The translations under genes and the position numbers were made by a program. The notes under the pieces are model-generated. The model worked only from the letters and a program-made list of their open reading frames with translations, had not been told where the DNA came from and searched no databases. From contig JAZKCY010000001.1 of the NCBI GenBank assembly GCA_040387855.1, positions 253,857 to 317,856 of the forward strand: DNA of 64,000 bases, read 5' to 3'. This document shows positions 46,637 through 54,942 of this stretch, piece by piece; the stretch's first letter is position 1; each line of letters opens with the position of its first letter. This stretch comes from Patescibacteria group bacterium (lineage in GTDB: Bacteria > Patescibacteriota > Minisyncoccia > Phycocordibacterales > JAKAEA01).

Positions 46637-48889
46637 ATGAATCTCAAATCTCTTGAAATTGCAGGATTTAAATCTTTTGCTAAAAAGGTAACGCTTGAAT
46701 TTAATTGTCCGATTACGGCAATTGTCGGTCCCAATGGATCTGGAAAATCAAATGTTGCTGAAGCATTCAGATTTGTTTTGGGAGAACAATCTATTAAGTC
46801 ACTTCGAGGAAAACGAGGTGAAGATCTTATTTATAATGGTGGCAAGTCTGCGACTCGACAAAACCGAGCATCAGTAAAAGTCACTTTTGATAACAAAGAT
46901 AGAGTTTTAAATATTGATTTTGATGAAGTAACACTTGAACGTGTTGTTCATCGTGATTCTGCAAACGAATATTTTATAAATGGTAGTGGAGTGCGTCTTA
47001 AAGATATTCACGAGCTTTTAGCTGGTGCTCATATTGGAGCATCAGGACACCATATTATTTCTCAAGGAGAAGCTGATAGAATTCTGAATGCTAATTTGAA
47101 AGAACGTCGTGAAATGATCGAAGAAGCGCTCGGTCTCAAGGTGTATCACTTCAAGCGCGAGGAAAGTGAACGAAAGCTGGATAAAACTGTTGAAAACTTA
47201 AAGCAGGTCTATTCATTACGCAAAGAAATTGCACCTCATTTGAGGTTCTTGGAAAAGCAGGTTGAGAAGGTTGAGAAAGCTAGGGAAATGCGAGTACAGC
47301 TAGAAGGAATGTACAAAGACTATTTTAAGCGTGAAAGTTTGTATATTAGAAATGAAACTGCCCGTTTGAGTACCGAAAAACAGGGACCTGAAGCACGAAA
47401 AAAGCAGCTTGAAGAAGAGCTTGCCCGAGCACGTCAGATTCTTTCAGAAGCAGACAATAAAGATATTAAAAGTGATGAATTACTTTCACTTGAATCAAAG
47501 CTCCAGGAGACTCGTAGTGAGCGAGATACGCTTACACGAGAGATTGGTCGAGTTGAAGGTCAGATAGCTTCTGAGGAGCGAATTTTGCGCAAACAGCAGG
47601 AGCTCGCAAGCTCTAATGATACAAAGACTGTTCTCTTGAAAGATGTTGAGTCTGTAGCTCAAACTGCGTACCAACAAATTCAAGATGCTGAAGCCAAAGA
47701 AGATGTAGGAGCACTTAAAGAAATTTTGCGGGGTATTAAATCACTTCTTTCAGAATTTATTTCAAAGAATAGAACTCATACAGATACAAGTGCAATTCAA
47801 GAATCTGAACAAGAAATTAGTAAACTCAAAGAAGAACGAGAAACGTATTCAGGACGACTTTCTGGAATCCGAGATGCTGAAACACAACTAAATACTCAGT
47901 ATGCTGCGCTTCAATTAGAAATAGAGCGGGAGAAAGATACCAACAGAGAGGCTGAAAAAATGGTCTTTAAGATCATGGCTGAACAGAATGAAGTGCATTC
48001 GCATTTACGAAGTATCCAAGCAGAAGAAGATCGAATACAAACTATTGATGCTGATTTTCAACGAGAATTACAGGAAGCAGCTGTGCTTGTGGGACGTGTG
48101 GTATTAGATTTTGAACAACATGAATTGGAAGAATTAGTTCAAAACTATCATGAAGTACGTGATGAGAAGCGAAAAAATATAGAACGAATTAAAATTCGAC
48201 TTGAAGACTCGGGAGCTGCAGGAGGAGAAGATGTTCTCCGAGAATTTCAGGAGACACAGGATCGTGATGCGTTTCTTGCAAAAGAGATAGAAGATCTAGA
48301 GAAATCAGCAGAAACTTTGAGAGTGTTAATTAAAGATCTCGAAGAAAAATTAACTTTAGAGTTTAAGGCAGGAGTAGAAAAAATTAATAAACAGTTTCAA
48401 GAGTTTTTTGCTCTTATGTTTGGTGGCGGAACTGCAAGTCTTCAAGTTATTCGAGAACAAAAGCGTCGTCGGAAATCAGAAACCGAACTCATGTCTGATG
48501 AAAGTGATGAAGAGTTTGTTGAAGAAGAAGGTGAAGAGGGAATTGAGATTAGTGTTAATCTACCGCAGAAACGAGTTAAAGCCCTTATGATGCTTTCAGG
48601 AGGAGAACGAGCGCTTACATCTATTGCGCTTTTGTTTGCAATTTCACAAGTGAATCCACCACCATTTATTATTCTTGATGAAACGGATGCTGCACTTGAT
48701 GAAGCAAACTCACGTAAATATGGAGAAATGATTAGTAATCTTGCCCAGTATTCTCAGCTAATCTTGATTACTCACAATCGAGAAACAATGTCTCGAGCAG
48801 GGATTTTGTATGGAGTAACAATGAGCAGTGAAGGTTCTTCAAAACTTTTATCTATTCAGTTTGATGAAGCAGTCGCAGTAGCAAAGTAA
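46637..48889 (+). CDS. smc: Short SMC-family ATPase
   Basis: GFKSF, GPNGSGKSN, ISQG, LSGGE, LDETDAALD and ITHN. About 750 aa, downstream of rnc. Confidence 0.85.
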   Translation: MNLKSLEIAGFKSFAKKVTLEFNCPITAIVGPNGSGKSNVAEAFRFVLGEQSIKSLRGKRGEDLIYNGGKSATRQNRASVKVTFDNKDRVLNIDFDEVTLERVVHRDSANEYFINGSGVRLKDIHELLAGAHIGASGHHIISQGEADRILNANLKERREMIEEALGLKVYHFKREESERKLDKTVENLKQVYSLRKEIAPHLRFLEKQVEKVEKAREMRVQLEGMYKDYFKRESLYIRNETARLSTEKQGPEARKKQLEEELARARQILSEADNKDIKSDELLSLESKLQETRSERDTLTREIGRVEGQIASEERILRKQQELASSNDTKTVLLKDVESVAQTAYQQIQDAEAKEDVGALKEILRGIKSLLSEFISKNRTHTDTSAIQESEQEISKLKEERETYSGRLSGIRDAETQLNTQYAALQLEIEREKDTNREAEKMVFKIMAEQNEVHSHLRSIQAEEDRIQTIDADFQRELQEAAVLVGRVVLDFEQHELEELVQNYHEVRDEKRKNIERIKIRLEDSGAAGGEDVLREFQETQDRDAFLAKEIEDLEKSAETLRVLIKDLEEKLTLEFKAGVEKINKQFQEFFALMFGGGTASLQVIREQKRRRKSETELMSDESDEEFVEEEGEEGIEISVNLPQKRVKALMMLSGGERALTSIALLFAISQVNPPPFIILDETDAALDEANSRKYGEMISNLAQYSQLILITHNRETMSRAGILYGVTMSSEGSSKLLSIQFDEAVAVAK

Positions 48890-48916
48890 TAAAAACCCCC
48901 GAATGGGGGTTTTTAT

Positions 48917-49306
48917 TTAGAGATCAATTTTTCTGTGTTCAATTCGCTTCATATACTTTTCGCGAATTTGCTGGAATTCAACTTCAAGGGCTCGCAATTC
49001 CTCATCATTTAATTCCTCAATATCTAAGAAACTATTTCGAGAACCTTTTGATCCGCGAAGGAGTTCATCAAGCTTGAGCTGAAGGGCTTTTGCATCTCGG
49101 TTCTGAGTGTTTTGCACAAGAAAGAGCATCAAGAATGTGAGTACGGTAGTTCCTGTATTAATTACTAATTGCCATGTATCTGAATAATTATAGTAGGGAC
49201 CTGCAATTGCCCATACAATACATGCAAATACTGAAAGCATAAATGCCCAGGGTGTTCCAATAATATATGCAGTTTTGTGAGCGATTTTTCTGAAAATATT
49301 ATTCAT
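48917..49306 (-). CDS. Low-affinity iron permease family small membrane protein
   Basis: WQLVINTGTT..TFLMLFLVQNTQNRD.KALQLKLDELL. Confidence 0.88.
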   Translation of the reverse strand: MNNIFRKIAHKTAYIIGTPWAFMLSVFACIVWAIAGPYYNYSDTWQLVINTGTTVLTFLMLFLVQNTQNRDAKALQLKLDELLRGSKGSRNSFLDIEELNDEELRALEVEFQQIREKYMKRIEHRKIDL

Positions 49307-49324
49307 GATGAGCTAAGTATAGCA

Positions 49325-51286
49325 TTAGGCTACAAGTTTGTAATCAAGAGTTTTAGCATCAAGATCAGCATTTACCACGCGGAAGCGTACAGCATCTCCG
49401 AGTCTGAATTTTTTCTTAGTTTTTTCACCAATAACCGTATAGGTCTTTCTATTTAAAGTGAAAAAATCGTTTCCTAACTCTCGAAGTGGAATCATACCTT
49501 CACACTTTGTATTTTCTTCTTCTACATAAAGCCCCCATTCTGTAACGCCAGAAATTTTGCCATTAAATTCTTCACCAATATGAGCACTCATGTATTCTAC
49601 TTGCTTGTATTTAATAGATGCACGTTCAGCTTCTGCTGCTGCAATTTCTTTTTCTGTAGAATGATTAGCAATCTTTTCATATGACTTCCATTCATCCTTA
49701 AGATGCTTTTTATCTTGATTGAGAATGTAGTACAGAATTCGCTGCACTATAAGATCAGGATAACGACGGATAGGGGATGTAAAGTGAGTATAGTAGGTAA
49801 ATGCAAGACCGAAGTGTCCAATATTTTTGGTTGAATAAATAGCTTTTGCCATTGAACGAATAGTAGCAGTCTTTATGAGAGATTCTTCTGGAGTACCTAC
49901 AATAGACTTTAAAAGTTTATTTATATCTTGAGAGTTTACCTTACCTTGCTTTAGTGGAAGTGAATGTCCCATTGCTTGTAAGAATAATGAGAGATCTGCC
50001 ATTCGATCTGGATCGGGAAGATCGTGGATTCGATAAATAGATGCCGTATCTAAATTGCCTTTTTGTTTGTCATAGATAAATTTAGCTACTTCTCGGTTTG
50101 CTAAAAGCATGTATTCTTCTACGAGCTTGTGGGTATCGAGTCTTTGTTTCTTTACTACTTCAATAGGCTTGCCATCTTTATCAAGCTTAAATTTTACTTC
50201 TTCTGTTTCAAAATCAATTGCTCCAGCTTTATATTTTTCAGCTCTAAGCTTATACGCAATTTGATTTAAAGTATTTAATTCTTTGAAATGTAATCCCTGA
50301 GTGTTAAGAGATTCTTGTGCCTCTTCATAACTAAATCGTTTGTCGGAGTTGATAACTGTCTTTCCAAACCATCGCTCATGCACTTTTCCTTCCATGTCCA
50401 TCACAAATACAGCTGAGAATGCACATTTATCTTCATGAGGATTCAAACTACAAAGGTCGTTTGAAAGTACTTCTGGAAGCATAGGAATAGTTCGATCTAC
50501 TAGATAGACAGATGTACCTCGGTTTTTTGCTTCACGATCAAGAGCTGTACCTGGGCGAACATAATGAGATACATCGGCAATGTGTACGCCAATCTCAAAT
50601 TTTCCATCACCTAGATCTTTAATAGAAAGGGCATCATCAAAATCTTTTGCGTCAAATGGATCGATTGTTGTAGTAAATGTCCCTCTGAAATCTTTACGGC
50701 GTGCAATTTCTTCTGGTTTTATAGGCTTTTCTGATTTTTCTAAAGCATGAGCTTCGGCATCAACATCATCTGGAAAGTTGGTATCAATACCTCGATCAAG
50801 AATAATAGATTGCATTTCAGTCTCGTGAGTACCTTTATCTCCAATAACCTGCACAATTTCACCTTGAGGGTTTGTTTGTCCATTTTCCCAACCTGTGATT
50901 TGCGCTAAAACCTTTTGATTTGGTGTAGCACCATTAATTTTATCTGCAGGAATAGCAATATTTACATACATTCGTCGATCATCGGGCACAACCTGATATT
51001 TACCTTCTTGGGTGAGGAGAGTACCCACATATTCATCTTTGTGTCGTTCGATAATTTTTACAACCTGACCTGCTTGTTGAGGAGCTTTGAATTCAGAGTC
51101 AGTGCCTGTGCGGAGCTTTGCACGTTTGGTATCTACATAGGTACCGGTGAGAATGATTTCAACAGTATCACCATTGAGAGCGTGATTGAGAAATTCAGGA
51201 GTAATAACTACTTCTTGTTCCATACCGTCTACTGTCACAAAACCCATACCTTTTCCCGTTGTTTTTATTAGTCCGTGGTGTTTCAT
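49325..51286 (-). CDS. rnr: Ribonuclease R
   Basis: TIDPFDAKDFDDA, HIADVSHYV, YTHFTSPIRRYPDL and a C-terminal S1 domain. Confidence 0.95.
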   Translation of the reverse strand: MKHHGLIKTTGKGMGFVTVDGMEQEVVITPEFLNHALNGDTVEIILTGTYVDTKRAKLRTGTDSEFKAPQQAGQVVKIIERHKDEYVGTLLTQEGKYQVVPDDRRMYVNIAIPADKINGATPNQKVLAQITGWENGQTNPQGEIVQVIGDKGTHETEMQSIILDRGIDTNFPDDVDAEAHALEKSEKPIKPEEIARRKDFRGTFTTTIDPFDAKDFDDALSIKDLGDGKFEIGVHIADVSHYVRPGTALDREAKNRGTSVYLVDRTIPMLPEVLSNDLCSLNPHEDKCAFSAVFVMDMEGKVHERWFGKTVINSDKRFSYEEAQESLNTQGLHFKELNTLNQIAYKLRAEKYKAGAIDFETEEVKFKLDKDGKPIEVVKKQRLDTHKLVEEYMLLANREVAKFIYDKQKGNLDTASIYRIHDLPDPDRMADLSLFLQAMGHSLPLKQGKVNSQDINKLLKSIVGTPEESLIKTATIRSMAKAIYSTKNIGHFGLAFTYYTHFTSPIRRYPDLIVQRILYYILNQDKKHLKDEWKSYEKIANHSTEKEIAAAEAERASIKYKQVEYMSAHIGEEFNGKISGVTEWGLYVEEENTKCEGMIPLRELGNDFFTLNRKTYTVIGEKTKKKFRLGDAVRFRVVNADLDAKTLDYKLVA

Positions 51287-51370
51287 ATATGTATATAGAC
51301 GAACTATACCAATAATTATCAACATTGCAAAATTAAGCAATCTGTGCTGTAATGTGGACTGGAGGTGCTT

Positions 51371-51607
51371 ATGCGATCACGTATCAATAGGATTCTCCAG
51401 AGGTCGCGCGACCCACAGTCGTACCTCTGGCAGATCCGAGATTCCTGGCCGGTTCCAGCTCTACTTAATACGGCCTTGGTGGCACTTGCCTGTGTTGTGC
51501 CAGCAGCTGGGTTCCTCATTCTTGCAGGTCTGGGCGTTGCTGCCAACCTGCTGTACCTATTCTGCCTCTACATGGGGCCGACACAGCCTCCCCTCAAATC
51601 TGAGTAG
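51371..51607 (+). CDS. 78-aa GC-rich hydrophobic ORFan (unit 7)
   Basis: Promoter TTGCAA-17-TGTAAT (51325-51353) and GGAGGT SD at 51361-51366. Two hydrophobic segments. Terminator AGCCTCCCCT...AGGGGAAGGCT-T5 overlaps the stop. Confidence 0.72.
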   Translation: MRSRINRILQRSRDPQSYLWQIRDSWPVPALLNTALVALACVVPAAGFLILAGLGVAANLLYLFCLYMGPTQPPLKSE

Positions 51608-51659
51608 GGGAAGGCTTTTTTATTTGACCAATTTATCTAGATCTGCTACTATAGCGCTC

Positions 51660-51989
51660 ATGTTAATGATTCGACTACAACGAGTAGGACGCAAGCACGA
51701 ACCGACATTCCGTGTCGTTTTGACCGACTCTCGAAATAGCACAAAGAGCGGCCGAATGCTTGAGATCCTTGGCTCACATGACCCACGTCATAAAGAGAAG
51801 ACCCAGCTTGATGCTGACCGCATTAAGCACCACCTTTCAAAGGGTGCCCAGCTTTCAGACACGATGCATAATATGCTCGTTTCAAAGAAGATTATCGAAG
51901 GAAAGAAAATCAACGTACTTCCAAAGAAAACAGTAGAAAAGAAAGAAGAACCTGCAGCAGAAGCGCCAGCCGCAACTCCAGCAGCATAA
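51660..51989 (+). CDS. rpsP: 30S ribosomal protein bS16
   Basis: MLMIRLQRVGRK, DSR and GAQLSDT. Confidence 0.96.
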   Translation: MLMIRLQRVGRKHEPTFRVVLTDSRNSTKSGRMLEILGSHDPRHKEKTQLDADRIKHHLSKGAQLSDTMHNMLVSKKIIEGKKINVLPKKTVEKKEEPAAEAPAATPAA

Positions 51990-52138
51990 ACAAAATCGCC
52001 CTTCGAGAATACTCAGGGCGGTTTTTGTTTGTCCCCATGTTTAGTATTTTATTGATTGACTCTAGATCTACCCCTGCTAAAATTAAATAAAGCAGTAATA
52101 TAACGTCGACCTACTGCAAGAAACGAACAGAATTATTT

Positions 52139-52450
52139 ATGACAGAAAGCGATACACAATTTCTTGAGTACGTAGTAAAAGCTCTTGTTGAGAATCCAAA
52201 TGACGTGAAAATTTCACGAACAGTGGATGAAATGGGAGTACTTATGACCTTGAGTGTAAATCCTCAGGACATGGGTAAGATTATTGGCCGACAGGGTAAC
52301 ACCGCAAAGGCTATCCGAACCCTCCTTCGAGTGGTAGGGATGAAGAACAATGCACGCGTCAACCTTAAGATCAACGAACCAGAGGGTGGGATCAAGAAGG
52401 ATTCAGTAATGAAAACGGTTGATGAAGCAATGGAAGACTTAAAGCTCTAA
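52139..52450 (+). CDS. khpA: KH-domain RNA-binding protein
   Basis: DMGKIIGRQGNTAKAIRT, located after rpsP. Confidence 0.92.
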   Translation: MTESDTQFLEYVVKALVENPNDVKISRTVDEMGVLMTLSVNPQDMGKIIGRQGNTAKAIRTLLRVVGMKNNARVNLKINEPEGGIKKDSVMKTVDEAMEDLKL

Positions 52451-52525
52451 TAACTCATCTATACGATAAAGGGAACCTGTTGTACTATATGTACAACAGG
52501 TTTTCTTTTTATATTCTTATATTCC

Positions 52526-53743
52526 ATGAAATTTTTTATTGATCATAATCCCAATCATCGAAGTAACGTAAGTGTTGGTTTAATCATCGGTTTTATATGC
52601 ATCATTACAATTGCTGTTGTAGCACTTTTATTTGGATTCAATCAGTATGTACAATCGCTTGTTGATAAAGAGATCCCAGCTGCACAACCTCTGGGATCAA
52701 CAAATGTTGCATCATCATCTATTGAAATAAAAAACTTAGGGCAAGTACAAGAACAACTTGCTCTCGTTCAAAATAGCCCATTTCATAAAGTTGAACTCAA
52801 TAATCTATATCAAACTACTTATAATGGCCACACACTTATTGTTGGCGAACAAATCAATTACTATGGAAATGGGGTGGGAGAAACCTATAAACCACCAGTA
52901 ATAATTGCTGATGGTATTTTATATCATGCAAATGATATTGAATCTCAGTTTTATCCTCTCGAAGAAGTAAATTGGAAAACACTACATAAATCAAGAAGTA
53001 TTTCTGGATTTGTACCTTTTGAGAAAGATCTTTCTTTTATAGTAGCAATGCAAAAATCAGATGAAAGTAAATATTCACCAACTGAGGCAGAATATCTACA
53101 AACTCAAAATAATGAAGAGGCAATTTTCTCAAAGAAGTTTTTGAATATCGGTTCAATGACATTAGAATATACAAAGTCCGGAGGATTAACTGCTATGAAT
53201 CTATCTGAAGCAAGTGGGAAGGATGTAAATGCTATAACTACATTTAAGAAAATTCCTAATATGACTATTTATGTAAATCAATCAAATAAAGATACGATTG
53301 ATTATGATACTCAGGCCCGACAGAGTCGTCCAAAACCCGGGTTCGCTTCAGGACAAAATATCTTCTATTCTGAGTATGGATTTAAAGTGAACTACCCAAA
53401 ATTCATTAATGGTACTTCTGTAAAAATGTATTCTGATTCTGACCCAAACACACGAGTTGCTGTTACTAGTACCTTTTTTATTGATGGAGAAAATAAAGGA
53501 TATGGGGTTGAGACAGAAAATTATATGAGAATCTATTGTTCAGATTTTCAGGAAACTCAAATAGGTCCCAAAATAGGTGAACCGTATTTTATTGCAACTT
53601 CAACTCGCAGCAACCTAAAAAACTGGGGTATTTCAAATGACCCATATGCAGATATTGCCTCATTTACCTCAGAGTATGCTCATTGTTCAGTTAGTGCATC
53701 TGGGAAATTTAGGTTGAATATGCTTCTAATAGAGCTAGAATAA
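52526..53743 (+). CDS. Hypothetical membrane-anchored extracellular protein
   Basis: Single N-terminal TM helix, AT-rich, 405 aa. Confidence 0.75.
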   Translation: MKFFIDHNPNHRSNVSVGLIIGFICIITIAVVALLFGFNQYVQSLVDKEIPAAQPLGSTNVASSSIEIKNLGQVQEQLALVQNSPFHKVELNNLYQTTYNGHTLIVGEQINYYGNGVGETYKPPVIIADGILYHANDIESQFYPLEEVNWKTLHKSRSISGFVPFEKDLSFIVAMQKSDESKYSPTEAEYLQTQNNEEAIFSKKFLNIGSMTLEYTKSGGLTAMNLSEASGKDVNAITTFKKIPNMTIYVNQSNKDTIDYDTQARQSRPKPGFASGQNIFYSEYGFKVNYPKFINGTSVKMYSDSDPNTRVAVTSTFFIDGENKGYGVETENYMRIYCSDFQETQIGPKIGEPYFIATSTRSNLKNWGISNDPYADIASFTSEYAHCSVSASGKFRLNMLLIELE

Positions 53744-53787
53744 GAGCTTGATTTAAAACAACACTTAATGCATACTATGTCAATAAT

Positions 53788-54471
53788 ATGCATTTTCACG
53801 TTATTACATTATTTCCCAACTCTTTTGACTCATACCTCGGTGAGTCTATTTTAAAGCGGGCAATTGAAGATAAAAAGATTCAAGTTCATCTTTATAATCC
53901 TCGAGATTATGGCGAAAAGAAGAATGGCCTTGAAGCACGCATTGATAGAAAGCCCTATGGCGGAGGGCCTGGTATGGTTATTCAAGCTTTACCTGTTGTA
54001 CTTGCTCTTGAAGATGCTCATAAAAAAATAGAGAAGAGATTTAAAACTAAAAAACTACTGGGTAAAAAGCCAAAAATTAAGATTCTTTTCTTCAGTCCAT
54101 CTGGTACTCAATTTACTACTGAATATGCAAAAGTAGCTGCAAAGAAATATACAGATATAGTTATGATTTCAGGTAGATATGAGGGTATAGATGCGCGGGT
54201 TAAGAAAATTTTTAAATGTGAAGATATTTCTGTAGGACCATTTGTGCTTACAGGAGGGGAACTACCTGCAATGATTATTATGGATTGTGTCGCACGGCAA
54301 ATAGAAGGAGTATTGGGAGATATAAATTCTCTTGAGGAATCACGTGCTGCTTCAGCAGATGTATACACACGTCCTGAGGTCTTTGAATATAAAAAGAAGA
54401 AATATAGTGTGCCAAAGGTTCTCCTTTCGGGTAATCATGGGGAGGTAGAGAAATGGCGAGCACAGCAATAG
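53788..54471 (+). CDS. trmD: tRNA (guanine37-N1)-methyltransferase
   Basis: PYGGGPGMV, GRYEGIDAR, VLTGGELPA, YTRP and LSGNH. Confidence 0.97.
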   Translation: MHFHVITLFPNSFDSYLGESILKRAIEDKKIQVHLYNPRDYGEKKNGLEARIDRKPYGGGPGMVIQALPVVLALEDAHKKIEKRFKTKKLLGKKPKIKILFFSPSGTQFTTEYAKVAAKKYTDIVMISGRYEGIDARVKKIFKCEDISVGPFVLTGGELPAMIIMDCVARQIEGVLGDINSLEESRAASADVYTRPEVFEYKKKKYSVPKVLLSGNHGEVEKWRAQQ

Positions 54472-54524
54472 TTGACAGATCCTGCTTTGAGGTGTATAAA
54501 AAAAGAAGGAACCCTGGAGGTAAT

Positions 54525-54674
54525 ATGTCCCAACCCCAATCCAGCGGGATAGACCACAGCGATTATCACAATAAGCCCCTGCGACGCTTCGTCGCATGGA
54601 TCATGCTTAGCCTGATGTTGCTAGGGGCTGTCAGCATGGTCTTCTCACTAGGCCGTGCATACGTTAACCCTTAA
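54525..54674 (+). CDS. 49-aa GC-rich single-TM micro-protein (unit 8)
   Basis: Promoter TTGACA-17-TATAAA (54472-54500) and GGAGGT SD at 54516-54521. Translation MSQPQSSGIDHSDYHNKPLRRFVAWIMLSLMLLGAVSMVFSLGRAYVNP*. Hairpin CCCTTAAG/CTTAGGGG spans the stop. Confidence 0.72.
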   Translation: MSQPQSSGIDHSDYHNKPLRRFVAWIMLSLMLLGAVSMVFSLGRAYVNP

Positions 54675-54942
54675 GCTTGCTTAGGGGAATTTTTATACTA
54701 AATATAGTCGTATTTGACAAATCATTAGAATTTGATACAGTATCGATCTACCATTGCAAGATTGTGTTACGGCTGAATGATGGGAAATTATAAGGGAAGT
54801 TTGCCCAGTATCTTGCTACTCAACCTATAAACAAATTCAAAGCGCATAAAACGCCTCACCAGGGCCGTTTTTTGCGTTTATGGGTGTGTGAAAAGGTTAC
54901 TAGTAATAAAGAGGGAATTTATTAATTAGTATATTTTTGTAT

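Noticed and set aside
51186-51659. Long N-terminal extension of bS16
   Set aside because: An open-frame artefact running through unit 7. bS16 homology and a promoter place the start at 51660.
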